DNA of 64,000 bases from Candidatus Nomurabacteria bacterium (GTDB lineage Bacteria; Patescibacteriota; Minisyncoccia; Phycocordibacterales; UBA918), in the NCBI GenBank assembly GCA_023898585.1, contig CP060229.1, positions 462,763 through 526,762 on the forward strand, written 5' to 3'. Below, piece after piece: positions 59,695-64,000 of this stretch (the first letter of the stretch is position 1; every line of letters begins with the position of its first letter). The notes under the pieces are model-generated. The model saw nothing but the letters and a program-made list of their open reading frames with translations, had not been told where the DNA came from and made no database searches. A program made the position numbers and the translations under genes.

Positions 59695-59837
59695 AGGAAG
59701 TTTTTCTCAATCAGGAGAAAAGGAAGTCAATTTTTGTTGTTGTTGCTTTGCAAATTCAATTTTACAAAGCTTTTCACCCCTCAGGCCATAGTGCACTGAG
59801 GGTTTTGCTATTTCAATAAAAATACTCACACAAAACG

Positions 59838-59870
59838 CTTGCACTTTCTTTATGTATCTGTATAATAGCG
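59838..59870 (+). promoter_or_regulatory. sigma-70-like promoter candidate for the 16S gene (TTGCAC-N18-TATAAT)
   Basis: CTTGCACTTTCTTTATGTATCTGTATAATAGCG, about 550 nt upstream of the 16S 5' end. Confidence 0.45.
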
Positions 59871-60415
59871 CCACTGTTCATCGGGGGTAATAAGGGTGCG
59901 TTGGTGTGACTCGGAATTTAGGCAGATTAAACTCTATCTAATAAAATCAAAAGCGCGCCTCGTACCGTTTTCTACAAAACATTTTTGTAGAATAGCTTTC
60001 GAAGCGGAACAGCGTAAATTGACAGTTCTTGCTAACAAATTTCTCAACACGCATTTCTTGGTGTTAAGAAATTTGTTGGCAAGGGTTGAGTGAATTTTCA
60101 CTCAATTTCATAACTCTCATTCGCATTCCCAAAATGCGGATGAGCGAAGTATACAATTTTGATTGTTTCTATTTAATTTTAATTAATGACAATCAAGATG
60201 GTATGCATCACAGCAATACATAATATTTTTTACAAAAATATTATGTATACAAAAAGACAAAAGAGCGTTCACTTAATTGAGTCGCATATTCTTTTGTCTT
60301 ATCCTTTAGGTAAAATTGTTAGTTGAACGCGTGCGTATGTAGTACAGGCACGCCACATAATTTATTATGTAGTTCACTAACGCAGAAGTACGAAGATTTA
60401 TCATCGTACCCTGTC

Positions 60416-62009
<1,594 letters not shown>

Positions 62010-62224
62010 TGGACACGTTGTCGGTGTTTGGTAACAAATGCCATATGACGACTAATTGGTCGATGTTATATGCCTCAATTGAGCATATAACGAGAGATAA
62101 TACTCATTCTCTGAAATGGTATTGGACTCCAGGGAAAGACCGGACCAAAGGATAAGGCAAAAGAGCTTGTGAACTCAATTTCTCGCTATTTTGTTGAGCT
62201 GAAGTGTGAGAGGTTTTATGTAAA

Positions 62225-62270
62225 AACAAACAAAGAAAACCATCGGCATGCCGATGGTTTTCTTTGTTTG
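62225..62270. terminator. bidirectional hairpin AAACAAAGAAAACCAUCGGCAUGCCGAUGGUUUUCUUUGUUU
   Basis: Perfect 19-bp stem between the 16S 3' flank and the reverse-strand gene. Confidence 0.75.
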
Positions 62271-62292
62271 TACGCTCGACTGAATCACTTTT

Positions 62293-62721
62293 TTACTTAC
62301 ACTTACAAATAGTAACTCCCATAACATCTTCACATACAGAAGTTTGGCCGGGGCACGTAGGATTGTTGAATGCCCTTTCTTCTATATAGTCTGGAGTCGG
62401 AGAGTTTTTTCCGCCCAACCCGAAACTGCTACTTAATAAATTAATTATTCCCCAAAATATGACCATCATAACAAAGGCAAATACTCCATAAACCGCCAAA
62501 GCTTTCGCCTTGTCCCGGCCTTCCTCATTGGTACTGCCAAAAACAAAAAAACGAATAACGTTAATGATAAAGAAGAGAAAGGCGACCGCCATTAAAAACG
62601 GTATCACAACATCGCTAAGGAATTTCACGAAACTGACTAAAAAAGTCTGTAGACTATCAGTTGCCCCCAAGGCGGGAAGAGGAGCTAATATTAAAAGCAA
62701 AACGAGATAGTTTATTTTCAT
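62293..62721 (-). CDS. small secreted two-TM protein, VirB2/TrbC-pilin-like or competence-pilin-like (tentative)
   Basis: Signal peptide MKINYLVLLLILAPLPALGA, two hydrophobic helices, Cys-rich C-terminal tail. Confidence 0.35.
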   Translation of the reverse strand: MKINYLVLLLILAPLPALGATDSLQTFLVSFVKFLSDVVIPFLMAVAFLFFIINVIRFFVFGSTNEEGRDKAKALAVYGVFAFVMMVIFWGIINLLSSSFGLGGKNSPTPDYIEERAFNNPTCPGQTSVCEDVMGVTICKCK

Positions 62722-62966
62722 ATTTTTTATTATACCGTATATAATGTTGTGAAAAGAAGTTTATAAGTGTAATTTCGCTTCCATATATTTAAAAAATTTG
62801 TTATAGTTTTGGCCACTGTTAGAGTCCGTTCGGGCTGAAAAACTTAAACTTCTTTAAGTTTTTCCCGGTCGCGTAGCGGATCACCGATGTTTACGAGGTG
62901 ATAGGGTCGGCTAGAGCTTATCCTAACTTCTTACAGAAGCTGTAAATTTTTCCGATATTTTGTTTG

Positions 62967-63040
62967 TTTGATTTGTCCGTGCTTAGCTCAGTTGGCTAGA
63001 GCATTCGACTGATACTCGAAAGGCCCTAGGTTCGAATCCT
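62967..63040 (+). tRNA. tRNA-Ile (anticodon GAU), flanked by an about 30-bp extended processing stem
   Basis: Acceptor CCGUGCU/AGCACGG, U8, D-arm GCUC-AGUUGGCUA-GAGC, anticodon loop CUGAUAC, T-arm CUAGG-UUCGAAU-CCUAG; flanks GAUAUUUUGUUUGUUUGAUUUGUCCGUGC / GCACGGACAAAUCACGCAAACAGCAAAAUAUC. Confidence 0.85.
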
Positions 63041-63074
63041 AGAGCACGGACAAATCACGCAAACAGCAAAATAT

Positions 63075-63167
63075 CTAGAGCATGTCCGAAAACCCTACAC
63101 AAAAGAATAAAAGTTGTCTGATATTTTGCAAACCTTTGGAACTCGGAGGGTTTTTGGACATGCTCCA
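63075..63167 (+). mobile_element. MITE-like element, short form (about 93 bp), immediately after tRNA-Ile
   Basis: CTAGAGCATGTCCGAAAACCCTACACAAAAGA…TTGCAAACCTTTGGAACTCGGAGGGTTTTTGGACATGCTCCAG. Confidence 0.65.
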
Positions 63168-63214
63168 GATAAGTCTTGCAAGGAGACGATAACCTACGCT
63201 AAGACCAACAATCT

Positions 63215-63236
63215 TAAAAACCGCCATAGGCGGTTT
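63215..63236. terminator. hairpin AAAACCGCC-AUAG-GCGGUUUU
   Basis: Perfect stem. Confidence 0.6.
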
Positions 63237-63597
63237 TCTCTCCACAAATTAAACCTCAAAATCAGTGATTTCACCGACGGGAGTATTCACTTTTTCTTGT
63301 AACCACTGGGTTTGGGTTTGTAAGTCGCGTGTTACAGCTTGTAGTTCAAGTGTTATGTTGTATACAAAGGCTGCAAAAGAGAGAGTGAGAATCCAAGCAA
63401 CATAAGGGAATATCTTGTATGATTCCAGAGCCTTATCGTTTCCGTTTGTTTTCATATCATAAATGATACCACCTCGTCATCAAATTTTTTATCAGACAAG
63501 TGCATATTTGGTGAAAAGCTATGATGTTGAGGCTGGCTTTTTGCAGGAATTACACTATTATTCATTTATGTTAATTCTTCATATCTGAATTAGAAAA

Positions 63598-64000
63598 TGA
63601 TAGATTTCAAAAATAAAAAAGTTGTCGTCGTCCGTATCGGTCTTTTGGGTAGAGGAGTGGGGGATGCTAAATGGCTGGCTAAAAACGGGGCGGAAGTGCT
63701 GGTTGTCGACGATGCGCCAAAGGAAGTCATGCAACCATCGGTGGATGCTTTGAAAGATTATTCTAATGTTAAATTCAAGTTTGGCCAATATGATTTTGCT
63801 GATTTCAAGAATGCGGATTTTGTTTTAGTGGGGGCGGGAGCCCCGCTTGATTTACCAGTGTTGAAAGCCTGTAGAGAGGCGAAAATGGTTCTGAAACAGT
63901 CTGCTGTGTGGTTTGCCGAGTTGTCCAGTATTCCTATCATCGGAGTGACCGGGACAAGAGGTAAGTCCACTGTAACGCACATGATACATCATGTGATTTC
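63598..64000 (+). CDS. murD: UDP-N-acetylmuramoylalanine--D-glutamate ligase, N-terminal part (runs off the window end)
   Basis: KKVVVVRIGLLGRGVGDAKWLAKNGAEVLVVDD Rossmann-like start and GVTGTRGKST P-loop. Confidence 0.75.

Noticed and set aside
59896-60093. 65-aa ORF in the 16S upstream leader, and several 60-90-aa ORFs in the 27.8-28.5 kb 23S leader.
   Set aside because: They lie in hairpin-rich rRNA promoter/leader regions. No RBS or homology.

Overview
This 64 kb window looks like a small, gene-dense genome from a bacterium with reduced-genome features. This is inference from the sequence: housekeeping genes carry no Shine-Dalgarno (SD) motif, the rRNA genes are unlinked and interrupted by insertions, and the 16S 3' tail reads GGAUUAAUUCC rather than GGAUCACCUCC. 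Together this fits a Candidate Phyla Radiation / Patescibacteria-like organism.

The housekeeping backbone includes glyQS, metG, tatD, rpsF-ssb-rpsR, efp, an ECF sigma factor, recA, ftsK, rplJ-rplL, a SEDS protein, a polysaccharide cluster (GT4, sugar phosphotransferase, epimerase), folD, secDF, pyrH and murD.

The unusual content is concentrated in the rRNA region and in mobile elements:
- A 5.6 kb 23S rRNA gene carries five insertions: a helix-45 intervening sequence with an embedded tRNA-like cloverleaf, a GIY-YIG ORF that exactly fills a helix loop, one ORF-less intron at the conserved CUAAGGU|AGCG site, and two LAGLIDADG-encoding introns, one of which sits inside the sarcin-ricin loop.
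- The 23S-5S spacer is 1.2 kb and contains tandem 5S 5'-like repeats; a fragmented second 5S copy lies downstream of the 5S gene.
- The 16S gene lies 25 kb downstream of the 23S-5S unit, carries expansion insertions, and is followed by a reverse-strand pilin-like gene, tRNA-Ile(GAU) and a MITE.
- A three-copy MITE family is present, and two copies in inverted orientation bracket the sugar-transferase/epimerase pair.
- A RAYT-like Y1 transposase has adjacent REP-like hairpins.
- A TrpR/YerC-like regulator gene is bracketed by two copies of one palindrome.
- A 5.5 kb island at 54.2-59.7 kb is the top candidate for a novel system. It encodes secreted, lipo- and coiled-coil membrane proteins that, unlike the rest of the window, all have strong SD sites. 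It is introduced by a standalone GIY-YIG gene and a 27-bp-stem hairpin, and its genes are punctuated by shared GC-rich terminator hairpins.

No CRISPR array was seen. Coordinates are approximate to within a few nt for RNA features.
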